Numbered from the stretch's first letter, positions 39,462 to 50,478 are shown. The stretch is DNA of 64,000 nt from an uncultured Planctomycetales bacterium (GCA_964520655.1 CAZFNI010000003.1:70220-134219), one strand, 5' to 3'. Translations and numbers: made by a program. Notes: generated by a model from the sequence alone, not told the origin.

Positions 39462-42400
39462 ATGTTGTTCAATGTTTTTCGTCAACTGACCGCAGGGGTC
39501 TTAGCCGTGGTTTTGGTCTTTACGGGACAGCCTGCCGTTGGGGCATCAACGGTTGTGGTTCCGGCCATGCCTGTGCCGGGCACCTTGGTATCATTAAGCC
39601 CTGCCTACACTCCCGCGCATTTGCAGGGGATCACGGTCGATCCTAATGATCCGTTCCAATTCAGTTTCCTTGTCCACCGATCTGAAGAGGTCTTGTCTTC
39701 TCAACACAAAAACGAGGAATATACCAAGATCGTTAAATATTTCCTGGCGGCCTTGACCATTCCTGACAAGGACCAGTGGGTGAACTTATCGCCATATGAA
39801 AGCGGTCGGATCATTGAGGGGGATTTGGGTAAAACAGAAATGGGCAGGGATCTCTTGGCCCAGGATTATTTACTCAAACAAGTGGCCTCATCGCTGCTTT
39901 ATCCGGAATCAGGACTTGGGAAGGAATTCTGGGTACAGGTCCTTTCAAAGGCCAGAAAGATATACGGGGATACACAGATCCCTTTAAACAGTATCAATAA
40001 AGTATGGATCACTCCGAACGAAGCTGTTGTTTATGAAAAGGGCAACAGCGCGTTTATCCTCAAGAGTCATTTAAAGGTGATGTTGGAAGAGGATTATCTG
40101 GCCTTGGCCAAGAATAATACGGTGCCCGGACTGCCGTGGGGACAGAAAGGGCCTGCGACCTCAGATCAGGCGGCTCTGATGCGCAGCATCATCCTGCCGG
40201 CGATAGAAAAACAGGTCAATGAGGGTAAACATTTTGCACCGTTGCGCCAGATTGTGGCCTCGATGATCCTGGCAACATGGTATAAGCAGGCGTTGAAAGA
40301 ATCCATTATTGGGAAAGTTTATGCTGACCGAGCCAAGATCAATGGGGTGAACATTGGTGCATCCGTCAATGCGTCATTGGGAGGTCCGTCGCAGATTTAT
40401 GCACAATATCTTCAGGCGTTTAAGAAGGGGGTTTTTAATTATATCAAGGACGATCAGGACGACATGACACGCCGTGTCATCCCGCGCAAATATTTTTCGG
40501 GAGGATTTGTACGCGATGCGGCGATGAGTGTGAAGGTTGTTAATGGAAATAACGTGCCGTTGACAGATTATTACGCTGATGTTCTAAGATCTTTCCGTGA
40601 TCCTGATCAACAAACACTGGATCAAGTGACTACCAGGATCAATGGCCTCAGTGGTGCAAGGGATCAAAAAGAAGCAGCAGGATTTCGTGCGGCATTAAGA
40701 AGGCAGGAGAATTTTCCAACGCCGCGTGAATCTTTTCCGGTTCCTCTTGGTCCAGAGGTTTTTGCCCAAATGCCGGAAGCGAGCAATCATCCAAGATCGT
40801 TTTTGATTGATCAATCTGACCAACGCTCAATTATAAAGCTCATCTTGCAGCATTATCAGAATAAGCCTTTTGACGCGCTGGTCACAGTGACCAGATTTAG
40901 CGGAAAGAAACGCGTGACGTTAACAACAATAGAGAATTCTCCACAAGGCAAATTAAAAGTCCAGGAAGTTATTGCAAGGGCAGCTTCACTTAAAGACGTG
41001 ATGATCCTTCCTTTATCCGTGTATAAGGCAGAAGGTGCCATGGAGATCGGTTTTAATAATAACGTGGATCTTGTGTCCCTGGGTGAAGAAGATGCATTGC
41101 AGATCGCTTTTGTTGTGGACGCGTTGAATGATCTTTGGAGACGGGAAGAAAGGAAGGTCGATGATCAGGAGATACGCGAACTTGTGAATGAACGGATAAA
41201 ACAAAGAGCGGCATTGAAACCGACAGATGTGACCTATGCCGCCGCCCAAACGATACTGGACCGATTCCAACAGGAGGCGGTCAATGGGCAATGGACGGGG
41301 GTGTTGGATTATTTCTCGACAAATGCCCGAGGACAAAAAGTTGTTTATCCGCCAGATTTAAAGGTGATTGATAAACTTAAATATGCTGGGAAGTCAGGGG
41401 AGGATTATACGTTTAATGATCATTTAAAGGCGGGCATCATGGTGCCTTTTCAGGCATCGGCGGTTAAGGACGGGATCGAGTTGCGCCTGGCAGAGCTGGA
41501 GGGTATTCCCAAAGAGGCGCGAAACGTTCTGCAACAGCGGATCGATCTATTGAATCAGGCGCTGGAAGAAAAGCGGCAGAAACAAGAACAGCTAAGGCTG
41601 ATGCTTCAAAGCAGCGCCCTTCCCCTTGAACCGAATATCGATAATATTGCTCAGGCTGTTTATGGTTTCTCGATGGAGAAAGTATCAAAACTTCACAATG
41701 GCGTTGAATATGGCTCGACAGAGGGATACCTGTCGTTAACCTCATCAGGTATTGCGCGCATGATCAGTGGTGTTCATCCGGTTTATCAGGTCATCCGTGG
41801 GCATACGAAACAATGGATCGATAGGAGCATATTCACTCAAGCAGATCTGATCGTGCCGGTGACCATCAAAAGAGGGGTATTGTTCTTAAGGCCCATGACC
41901 AAAGAAGAATTGGGAGGGGGGGATCCTTTGGTGTACAACCAGTGGATCTTGCGGGCAGCCAAACCGTATATCGTTAAAGTCAATCAGCAATTAGACAGCG
42001 TTATGCACACGGAGCGTCAATTTTATCAAGAAGCGCAAACGCGTAAATCCATTCTCCGCCGGGCATTGGCATCATTCGCTGGTTCTGTACGTTCGGCATT
42101 AAAGGCCGTGCCCAAGTTTAATTACACTTTCGATGATGCTTTGTTTGATTTTGGAGGCTGGGTGTCAGGGCTGGTCAATGATCAAACTCGTGAGATCTCC
42201 CTGGTTCTGCCTAAGGATGCTGCGTTCAATTTTAGCAAGTTTAGTAGATTATTCATTGATCCTTCGTTGGTTGAAAAGTTAATAACAATGAAGCTGCGGG
42301 ATCCTCGATTAGAGGCGCAGGTCAAACAAAAAGAGATGAAGGTTGATGCGTATTGGTCACAAATTGCGGATAATAAGAATGGTTTATTCTTTAAGGATGC

Positions 42401-43313
42401 CAAAGGTGATTTAAGGATAAAGAACGGGATCAATTGGGAGCTGAAGAATTTTATTCTAAAAATGACTGGAGGCGATGAAAATACCGCTGATTATAAACTG
42501 ATCTGGTCATTTCTGATCGGCTTGGAATCCAGCAAAGAGATTGATATGCCATGGCAGGAACAATTGCAGGCGGTGCGAGGTGTTAAGGGGTATTTTGACG
42601 TGCAACGCAATAAGATGTATTTAGAGGAAAAGGTTGGATCGCTGAGTTTGAAAAACCGTCCAGACTTACGAGACGGTTTTATCAAAGGCCGTTTTATCCC
42701 TGTGCGTATTGAACCTATAGAGCTATCTAAGAAAGACGGCATAAGGATCTTTGGTTACAAAGCGAGATCTGTTTCGACCGCAGAATATGACGTGAATTTG
42801 CCGGATATCAGTACGAAGAACGATCATCTGGAGATGATGCTTCATGACATCAACGGTCAGTTTATGAAACAGGTTTTAAGGCCTCTTGTTAAGCCGGGAG
42901 AAAGAACGGTCCCTCCTAAGGAGGAGTCTTTTGTGCACGCTTTTTCCGATTTAGTGATTTGGGGTATTGGCGGTTTGACGGGGCTCAACTATGTTGTTGA
43001 TAAGCTCAAACATTTGCGTGCGGACAAGCATGAGGGAGAAGCTGAGGATGCTTTATTCGATACGCTGATGCCCCTAAAATTGTCAGGAGAGGAAACAGTT
43101 TCTCCCAAAGGTGGTATTGATTTAAACGCGGCTAATTTTGGTTTGATCATCAAGCGCGACGGCAATGGTATTGTGCTGCCGCTAAGTATGCAGGATTTAA
43201 AGGCCTTTGATCAGATCGACGGTTTTGAGCCTAAGATCATAGAGATCAAGCCGGCCGCCAATATCCCTATCCTTAACGAGATCCTGGGAAGTATCAGCCC
43301 CAAACGCCCATAA
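39462..43313 (+). CDS. Large (1283 aa) secreted protein of unknown function; paralog of the truncated CDS at 1-2733
   Basis: A strong ggagggggag RBS and an N-terminal signal peptide. It aligns with ORF 1-2733 across several hundred residues. No recognisable catalytic motif or repeats. Confidence 0.75.
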   Translation: MLFNVFRQLTAGVLAVVLVFTGQPAVGASTVVVPAMPVPGTLVSLSPAYTPAHLQGITVDPNDPFQFSFLVHRSEEVLSSQHKNEEYTKIVKYFLAALTIPDKDQWVNLSPYESGRIIEGDLGKTEMGRDLLAQDYLLKQVASSLLYPESGLGKEFWVQVLSKARKIYGDTQIPLNSINKVWITPNEAVVYEKGNSAFILKSHLKVMLEEDYLALAKNNTVPGLPWGQKGPATSDQAALMRSIILPAIEKQVNEGKHFAPLRQIVASMILATWYKQALKESIIGKVYADRAKINGVNIGASVNASLGGPSQIYAQYLQAFKKGVFNYIKDDQDDMTRRVIPRKYFSGGFVRDAAMSVKVVNGNNVPLTDYYADVLRSFRDPDQQTLDQVTTRINGLSGARDQKEAAGFRAALRRQENFPTPRESFPVPLGPEVFAQMPEASNHPRSFLIDQSDQRSIIKLILQHYQNKPFDALVTVTRFSGKKRVTLTTIENSPQGKLKVQEVIARAASLKDVMILPLSVYKAEGAMEIGFNNNVDLVSLGEEDALQIAFVVDALNDLWRREERKVDDQEIRELVNERIKQRAALKPTDVTYAAAQTILDRFQQEAVNGQWTGVLDYFSTNARGQKVVYPPDLKVIDKLKYAGKSGEDYTFNDHLKAGIMVPFQASAVKDGIELRLAELEGIPKEARNVLQQRIDLLNQALEEKRQKQEQLRLMLQSSALPLEPNIDNIAQAVYGFSMEKVSKLHNGVEYGSTEGYLSLTSSGIARMISGVHPVYQVIRGHTKQWIDRSIFTQADLIVPVTIKRGVLFLRPMTKEELGGGDPLVYNQWILRAAKPYIVKVNQQLDSVMHTERQFYQEAQTRKSILRRALASFAGSVRSALKAVPKFNYTFDDALFDFGGWVSGLVNDQTREISLVLPKDAAFNFSKFSRLFIDPSLVEKLITMKLRDPRLEAQVKQKEMKVDAYWSQIADNKNGLFFKDAKGDLRIKNGINWELKNFILKMTGGDENTADYKLIWSFLIGLESSKEIDMPWQEQLQAVRGVKGYFDVQRNKMYLEEKVGSLSLKNRPDLRDGFIKGRFIPVRIEPIELSKKDGIRIFGYKARSVSTAEYDVNLPDISTKNDHLEMMLHDINGQFMKQVLRPLVKPGERTVPPKEESFVHAFSDLVIWGIGGLTGLNYVVDKLKHLRADKHEGEAEDALFDTLMPLKLSGEETVSPKGGIDLNAANFGLIIKRDGNGIVLPLSMQDLKAFDQIDGFEPKIIEIKPAANIPILNEILGSISPKRP

Positions 43314-43366
43314 AGTTTCAATCTTTTTACCTTTTCGCGACGATTCCTTATGTTATAATCCAAACT

Positions 43367-44335
43367 ATGCCTCAATTAAGAAAAGATCCGATCGTCAGCC
43401 GCTGGGTGATCATTGCGACCGAACGCGCACGCCGTTCTGCCGCGTTCGTGGACCCCATCAAGGTAGGCACTCAAAAAGAGGGATGTCCTTTTTGTACCGG
43501 TCCAAGTCAGGATGCGCTTTTGATCCACCAGTCGGTGCGGGTGGTCAAAAGCGGTACGCCTGTCTTTACCGAGGCCCAGGATGTCACGCTGCAAACACAT
43601 GGTCTTTATCAGTCCTGCCATTCCCACGGAAGCCATGAGGTGGTGATCGAAACACCTGAGCATGTGGCCAATATGGCCGACCTGCCGCTGGAGCAGGTCA
43701 AGGCTGTCTTTAAGACATATGCACTGCGCATGGGGCATCACCATCAGGATAAATCCATCAAATATGTCTTGGCATATAAGAATTACGGCGTGGCCTCCGG
43801 CAGCCGCAATATCGGGCATGCCCGTTCGCAGATCATGGCCATTCCCGTATTGCCCATGCGCCTTCAGGATAAGATCAACGGCGCCAAATTATATTTTAAT
43901 TTTCATGAGCGTTCTCTGTTCTATGATCTGGTCCGACAGGAACAGAAGGAAAAAGAACGTATTGTTTTAGAAACAGATCATTTCATCGCCTTTTGTCCTT
44001 ATGCCGCGCGTTTTCCTTTTGAAGTCTGGGTCTTGCCAAAGGGAAAAAGTCAATATTATGATTATGCCAACGGCATCGAAGGGCTTGAGACAGAGCTGGC
44101 GGATGTGATGAAGCAGTTATTGCTTAAATACAAATTCGGTTTAAATGATCCGGCCTATAACTATGTGATCCAGTCCGCGCCGTTTGATATGGATATGCCG
44201 GAATGTTACAGCTGGCACATTGAGCTGTTGCCGCGTTTGACTAGAACAGCGGGTTTTGAAAGAGGCACGGGTTTTTACATCAATCCGATCCCTCCGGAAA
44301 TGACCGCGGCGTTCTTGCGGGAGGTCAAGGTCTAA
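43367..44335 (+). CDS. GalT-like HIT-superfamily hexose-1-phosphate nucleotidyltransferase homolog, with Arg at the nucleophile His position
   Basis: RKDPIVSRWVIIA, a CPFC zinc motif and HEVVIETPEH. The HxHxQ motif reads HARSQ. Confidence 0.65.
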   Translation: MPQLRKDPIVSRWVIIATERARRSAAFVDPIKVGTQKEGCPFCTGPSQDALLIHQSVRVVKSGTPVFTEAQDVTLQTHGLYQSCHSHGSHEVVIETPEHVANMADLPLEQVKAVFKTYALRMGHHHQDKSIKYVLAYKNYGVASGSRNIGHARSQIMAIPVLPMRLQDKINGAKLYFNFHERSLFYDLVRQEQKEKERIVLETDHFIAFCPYAARFPFEVWVLPKGKSQYYDYANGIEGLETELADVMKQLLLKYKFGLNDPAYNYVIQSAPFDMDMPECYSWHIELLPRLTRTAGFERGTGFYINPIPPEMTAAFLREVKV

Positions 44336-45333
44336 TGGCAGAATTAAGACGCGACCCGATCGTTGGACGATGGGTGATCATAGACAGCGACCACCAGAAG
44401 GGACCGGGGGATTTTATCAAAGAAACTGCCAATTTGCCCGGCTCTAAGGACACCTGCCAATTTTGTCCAGGCAAGGAGCATTTTACCCCGCCGGAAGTTG
44501 ATGCCCTGCGTCCCAAAGATAGCAAGCCGGATTCTGCTGGCTGGATGGTGCGCACCGTTCCTAATAAATTCCCGGCATTGACCACGGAAGGGGACGTGGA
44601 AAAAGAAGCATACGGCATGTTTGATGTGATGAGCGGTGTCGGGGCGCATGAAGTGGTCATTGAAACCCCGGACCATCAGAAAAATCTGGCGGACTTAAGC
44701 GCGGAGGAGATGGGGTTTGTTCTGGGTCAGTTCTTAAGCCGCAGCAAGGCGCTTTCACTGGATGACAGGGTCGCCTATGTCAGCATTTTTAAGAATTTCG
44801 GTTCATCCGCGGGGGCGACCGTTGAACACGCCCATAGCCAGATCATCGCTTTACCCATGGTACCGAAATTGGTCAACGAGGAATTGCGCGGCAGCCAGCA
44901 GTATTATGAAGACAATGGCCGCTGCGTATTTTGTGATGTGATCGACCAGGAATACAAAGACCGTGACCGCATCGTCAGCGAGAGTAAATCATTTTTGGCT
45001 GTTTGCCCGTATGCGCCGCGTTATGCCTTTGAGACCTGGATCATGCCCAAAGCGCATCAGGCGTCTTTTAATGACATCCAGGCGGACATGCTTGCTGATC
45101 TCTCCGCCCATCTGGTGGATGTGCTTAAAAAGATGCGCAAGGTCTTGTCTAATCCGTCGTATAATTTCTTTATTCACACCTCGCCGGTCAAATATGACAG
45201 ACCTGAATGTTATCACTGGCATATTGAGATCATCCCCAAACTGACCCGCAGTATCGGTTTTGAGTGGGGCACGGGACTACACATCACCCCGACCTATCCG
45301 CATACCGCGGCCAAGTTCCTGCGCGAAGCGTAA
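44335..45333 (+). CDS. GalT-like HIT-superfamily hexose-1-phosphate nucleotidyltransferase (canonical HxHxQ)
   Basis: RRDPIVGRWVII, CQFC, HEVVIETPDH and the active-site EHAHSQI. TAATG overlap with the upstream paralog. Confidence 0.75.
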   Translation: MAELRRDPIVGRWVIIDSDHQKGPGDFIKETANLPGSKDTCQFCPGKEHFTPPEVDALRPKDSKPDSAGWMVRTVPNKFPALTTEGDVEKEAYGMFDVMSGVGAHEVVIETPDHQKNLADLSAEEMGFVLGQFLSRSKALSLDDRVAYVSIFKNFGSSAGATVEHAHSQIIALPMVPKLVNEELRGSQQYYEDNGRCVFCDVIDQEYKDRDRIVSESKSFLAVCPYAPRYAFETWIMPKAHQASFNDIQADMLADLSAHLVDVLKKMRKVLSNPSYNFFIHTSPVKYDRPECYHWHIEIIPKLTRSIGFEWGTGLHITPTYPHTAAKFLREA

Positions 45334-45358
45334 GCCAAACAGCTGATGCCATTTTTTA

Positions 45359-45387
45359 TTGACAAAAGTTTCAAGCCGGATATTATT
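45359..45387 (+). promoter_or_regulatory. Putative sigma70 promoter upstream of gapA
   Basis: TTGACA, a 16-nt spacer, then TATTAT, ~80 nt upstream of the start. Confidence 0.45.
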
Positions 45388-45452
45388 GTTAGATTCATTT
45401 TGAACACATGTGGAACCGCTGTTTTGGCGGTGTCGCTATATAGGTACGTTAA

Positions 45453-46529
<1,077 letters not shown>

Positions 46530-46550
46530 GTTGTTTTGTTCTATTCTAAA

Positions 46551-46587
46551 AAGACCAGCTATAATCCTAACTAGCTGGTCTTTTTTT
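46551..46587 (+). terminator. Rho-independent terminator after gapA
   Basis: A gaccagct...agctggtc hairpin followed by TTTTTTT. Confidence 0.7.
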
Positions 46588-46600
46588 GTCTAAAGGGTCA

Positions 46601-46966
46601 ATGACTAAGAAAGTCAAATATATCTGGCATAAACAAACGGTCGCATCTGATTGTGTAACGATCGATTGTCCGGTTTTTGACCATATCAAGGATTTCAGAA
46701 GAGACCCGACGGGGTATTATTTGCTGATCCGGGTGGATTATCCGCGCAAGAGGATCGAGGTCGCGGTTTGCGACGGGAAACACAATATCGTGAGGATATT
46801 CCGCGGCAAAGCCCCGGTCGATGTTTATGAGGGGATCTTCCGATATGAAAAGCGCCATCGCAAGCGTTGGTTCTTAGACAAGGGGCATGCCGCGTATCTG
46901 GGGAAAGAATTAAGAAAAGCCCAGATCGCGATCGAATCAGGCAGCAATGATTATATACAGGAATAA
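46601..46966 (+). CDS. Hypothetical conserved small protein (DUF4346-like)
   Basis: The ATG start comes just after the terminator T-run; the TTG at 46586 lies inside the terminator and was rejected. No catalytic motif. Confidence 0.4.
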   Translation: MTKKVKYIWHKQTVASDCVTIDCPVFDHIKDFRRDPTGYYLLIRVDYPRKRIEVAVCDGKHNIVRIFRGKAPVDVYEGIFRYEKRHRKRWFLDKGHAAYLGKELRKAQIAIESGSNDYIQE

Positions 46967-47004
46967 TTCATTGACTTTTGTGAAAGGATAATTAGAATAC
47001 CCAC

Positions 47005-47523
47005 ATGTTCGCTATTCTTTTAGTCATTGTTGGAATTTTTTCCCGCGTTATCATCCACACGCCGCAATTCACCGCGACACTCGCTGTCGCCTTATTCGCC
47101 GGCATGTACCTCAATAAACGTTTATCCTGGATCGTTCCCGTAGGAATGATGTTCGTGACCGATCTGATCTTGGGTTTTCATGACACCATGCTTTTCACCT
47201 ACGGCAGCATGCTGTTGATCAGCGCCATCGGTGTTTGGCTTAAGAACCGTAAGAATGCCGTGAACGTTTTTGCCTCCAGCATAGGAGCGGCGTTCTTATT
47301 CTTTGTTGTCACCAATTTTGGGGCTTTTCTGACATTGTATCCGCGCACCTGGGGCGGACTTTATGAATGCTACATTTTAGCTATACCTTTCTTTAGAAGT
47401 ACGTTGCTCAGTACCGTTGCTTATAGCCTGGTGTTCTACTTCGGCTATGAAGCATTGCTCAAGTATCAGATGGGGAAATCCTGTGCGATTCAGGAGCAGT
47501 CCCGCTGCGGTAAGTCCTCTTAA
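47005..47523 (+). CDS. Small 5-TM membrane protein (possible ECF-type substrate-capture/S-component-like)
   Basis: Five hydrophobic helices in 172 aa, immediately upstream of the TonB-dependent receptor. Confidence 0.45.
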   Translation: MFAILLVIVGIFSRVIIHTPQFTATLAVALFAGMYLNKRLSWIVPVGMMFVTDLILGFHDTMLFTYGSMLLISAIGVWLKNRKNAVNVFASSIGAAFLFFVVTNFGAFLTLYPRTWGGLYECYILAIPFFRSTLLSTVAYSLVFYFGYEALLKYQMGKSCAIQEQSRCGKSS

Positions 47524-47591
47524 AAAAGAGGAACAAGTCCGAATACCTGCTGATACGTTTTTTATTAACCCTACGTTAGATAGGAGTTGTC

Positions 47592-49574
47592 ATGTTCTTC
47601 TTGTGCCTGCTGTTGCTTTTCGTTGCCTCGCCTGTATCCGCTCAAACCATTGATCTAGAGAAGATCGTTTTAACCGCAAGCCGTTATGAACAAGACGCAC
47701 GGCATATGCCCTCTTCAGTGACGGTGATCTCGCAGGATGATATCAAGAATAGCCATGCTCAGACCGTTTCTGATGTGCTCAAAGGTCAGTCAGGTCTGCA
47801 GGTCACGGATAATAGCTCTCCCAAAACGGTGGCCGTTGATATCAGAGGTTTTGGGGATACGGCGACACGCAATGTGCTGGTGTTGGTCAATCACCGCCGC
47901 ATGAATCCAGTGGATAATTCCGGGCCGGATTTTTTGGCCATCCCTTTAGAGTCGATCGATCATATCGAGATCATCCGCGGCGCGGCCTCCGTGCTTTATG
48001 GCGATAACGCGGTCGGCGGGGTCATCAATATCATCACTAAAAAGGGGAAGACAGGCAATCACGCAGCCCTTTCCGCCAGTTACGGCAGCTATGATACATT
48101 AAAGACTTCTCAGGAGTTCTACGGCGGGCAATCCCGTGTTGATTATTATTTTAATACCCAGCAATATGAGACCGACGGATATCGGGCCAACAGCCAGCTG
48201 CGCAGCCGTGATTATGTCGGGCGCGTCGGTGTGACCCCGGTTGATCCGTTAAAATTGGATGTGAAGTTCAATTGGCATGAGGACCGCTATGGGTTGACTG
48301 GAGGATTAAAAGATGCTCCATTGGCTTTGTTGGGGCCTCGCGGCACAGCGAACCCCGAGGATTATGCATCGACTAAGGACCGCATGGTCGCCTTGACAGC
48401 GGATCTTAATCCGTGGGGACAGGAAGAGTTGGGGCATTTCATTGTTGATACGTCTTTTCGCAATCGTGACACCTATGCTGTTTTTTATTCTTTTGGAGAA
48501 TATGCGACCAAGCGTAACATCAACAGCTGGGGGATCAATGGCCGTTATGTGCTGGAACGTTTGGTGGATGATAAACATCTTAACCTGGCCGCGGGTGTCG
48601 ATTATTATACGGATGACAATTGGATCTATGGCAGCGCCGGGAACAGCGACAATCTAACCATTACCAAGAATGAAATAGGTGCATATCTCAATGGCAGTTA
48701 TGAGTTTCTAGAGCATTTATTTCTGGAGGCAGGAACCCGTTATGACAAGGCGTACTATACGTTCAACCAGGTTAGCGGCACGAAAACCTATCAGAAACAT
48801 CATCCAGACAAACATATCGCCTCGGGCGGTTTGCGTTATGAATATGGTACGGGAAGTAATGTCTTTGCCAATGTTAACCAGACATTCCGGTTTCTGACGA
48901 CGGATGATTGGTTCGACACATTTAATGGGTTAAACACAGCGCTCAATCAACAAAAAGGCATTCAGTATCAGGCTGGGGTGAAGCATCGTTTCGATGATAT
49001 CCTGACGGTCGGGCTTACCCCGTATTGGATCGATAACCGCAATGAAATATTCTTAGACCCCGCGGGAGGCGGCGGTTTTGGGGCGACAAGTAATTATGAT
49101 AAGACGCGGCGCATCGGTGTGGAATATGAGCAGAACGTTGATCTAAAAGCGCTACTGAAAGAGCAGCGTCTAAAACGCTTGTCATGGAAAACCAATTACA
49201 CCTATCAGCATGCGGCCTTTCCTAAAGGCCTTTATAAAGGCAATGAGATACCGATGGCGCCGCGATTTGCGGGGGCAACCAGCTTAACCTTAGGGTTGAC
49301 CGAGCATATGGACTGGATGCTGCAGGGGCGATATACCGGACGACAATTCGCGATCAATGATGCCGGTAATGTTTTGCCGCAAACAGATCCCTATTTCGTG
49401 ATGGATACGCGTTTAAGCTACGCCAAAGATGCCTGGGAGATCTTCGGTGAAGTGGACAATCTATTAGACACGCATTACGACATCTACGTCAGCAAAGCGA
49501 TCACTTCCAGCATCAAGTCCCATTTCCCCGCCGCAGGCAGGTCCTATAATGCCGGGATCAAAGTGACGTTCTAA
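47592..49574 (+). CDS. TonB-dependent outer-membrane receptor (BtuB-sized, 660 aa)
   Basis: taggag RBS. A signal peptide, a plug domain (IEIIRGAASVLYGDNAVGGVINIITKKG), a beta-barrel and a C-terminal aromatic residue (VTF). Confidence 0.85.
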   Translation: MFFLCLLLLFVASPVSAQTIDLEKIVLTASRYEQDARHMPSSVTVISQDDIKNSHAQTVSDVLKGQSGLQVTDNSSPKTVAVDIRGFGDTATRNVLVLVNHRRMNPVDNSGPDFLAIPLESIDHIEIIRGAASVLYGDNAVGGVINIITKKGKTGNHAALSASYGSYDTLKTSQEFYGGQSRVDYYFNTQQYETDGYRANSQLRSRDYVGRVGVTPVDPLKLDVKFNWHEDRYGLTGGLKDAPLALLGPRGTANPEDYASTKDRMVALTADLNPWGQEELGHFIVDTSFRNRDTYAVFYSFGEYATKRNINSWGINGRYVLERLVDDKHLNLAAGVDYYTDDNWIYGSAGNSDNLTITKNEIGAYLNGSYEFLEHLFLEAGTRYDKAYYTFNQVSGTKTYQKHHPDKHIASGGLRYEYGTGSNVFANVNQTFRFLTTDDWFDTFNGLNTALNQQKGIQYQAGVKHRFDDILTVGLTPYWIDNRNEIFLDPAGGGGFGATSNYDKTRRIGVEYEQNVDLKALLKEQRLKRLSWKTNYTYQHAAFPKGLYKGNEIPMAPRFAGATSLTLGLTEHMDWMLQGRYTGRQFAINDAGNVLPQTDPYFVMDTRLSYAKDAWEIFGEVDNLLDTHYDIYVSKAITSSIKSHFPAAGRSYNAGIKVTF

Positions 49575-50478
49575 GTTGATTTAAGATCTCATCCGTCGGG
49601 GATAGTTTGTTGAGCGTATAAAAATGCAGGCCAGGGGCACCGTTGTTTAAGAGATCTTGGCATTGCTTGACCGCAAAATCAATGCCTGCTTTGAAGACGG
49701 CTTGAGGGTCATCGGCGATGGGTTTAAAGGTGTCATGAACGATGGGGGGGATCGTTGCCCCGCACAGCGCGCAGAAGCGCACCAGCGCATTGTAGTCGGT
49801 GATCGGCAGTATCCCAGGAATAATCCGGGCGCTGACGCCCAGTTTCTTTAACCGCACGATATAGTTGTAATATTCTCGATTATCAAAGAACAGCTGGGTG
49901 ATGATAAAATCCGCACCAGCATCGACCTTTCCTTTTAGGATGCGGGCATCAAATTCTTTATCCGGTGCCAAGATGTGCCCCTCGGGAAAACCTGCCGCGC
50001 CGATCGCGGCCTTTGCCCCAAATGACTGGCGGATAAAAGCGATCAGATCGCTGGAATGGGCGAAGTTCTCGTTCGTCAATTGATAATCAGGGTTATCTTT
50101 AGGCGGATCGCCGCGCAAGGCCAGTATATTGCTGATCCCCCGCTGTTTCATGTCTTCCAGGATATGATGGATATCTGTTTTGGTGTGCATCACGCAGGTT
50201 AGATGCGCCATGGCGGGGATATGGTGTTTATCCTGGATATGGCTGACTATATCTAGCGTTTTCCCCCGGCTTGAGCCGCCGGCACCGTAGGTGCAGGAGA
50301 AGAAATCCGGTTTAAGTGCCGCGAATTGTTTGATCGTTTGGAATAGTTTTATTTCTCCCTCGGGGGTTTTGGGAGGGAATAATTCAAAAGAAATGGTAAA
50401 TTGCTTCTTTGTGAAGATGTCATTGATGTTTGGCATGGCGGTTATTATACAAAATATTTGCGGTGTATGCGATGACAA
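49558..50478 (-). CDS. metF: 5,10-methylenetetrahydrofolate reductase
   Basis: FELFPPKT, LTCV, ALRGDPP and full-length MetF similarity. An alternative start at 50436 is possible. The 3' end overlaps the convergent TonB receptor by 17 nt. Confidence 0.85.
   Translation of the reverse strand: MSSHTPQIFCIITAMPNINDIFTKKQFTISFELFPPKTPEGEIKLFQTIKQFAALKPDFFSCTYGAGGSSRGKTLDIVSHIQDKHHIPAMAHLTCVMHTKTDIHHILEDMKQRGISNILALRGDPPKDNPDYQLTNENFAHSSDLIAFIRQSFGAKAAIGAAGFPEGHILAPDKEFDARILKGKVDAGADFIITQLFFDNREYYNYIVRLKKLGVSARIIPGILPITDYNALVRFCALCGATIPPIVHDTFKPIADDPQAVFKAGIDFAVKQCQDLLNNGAPGLHFYTLNKLSPTDEILNQLRTSL

Noticed and set aside
43376-43819. 147-aa minus-strand ORF antisense to the first GalT-like gene, plus several 60-110 aa ORFs antisense to accD, gapA and other genes
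   Set aside because: No homology signals, and they overlap confidently called genes on the opposite strand.
47524-47591. Possible cobalamin riboswitch upstream of the BtuB-sized TonB receptor
   Set aside because: The leader is only 68 nt, which is too short, and it lacks a B12-box (GCCACUG-like) or any extended structure.
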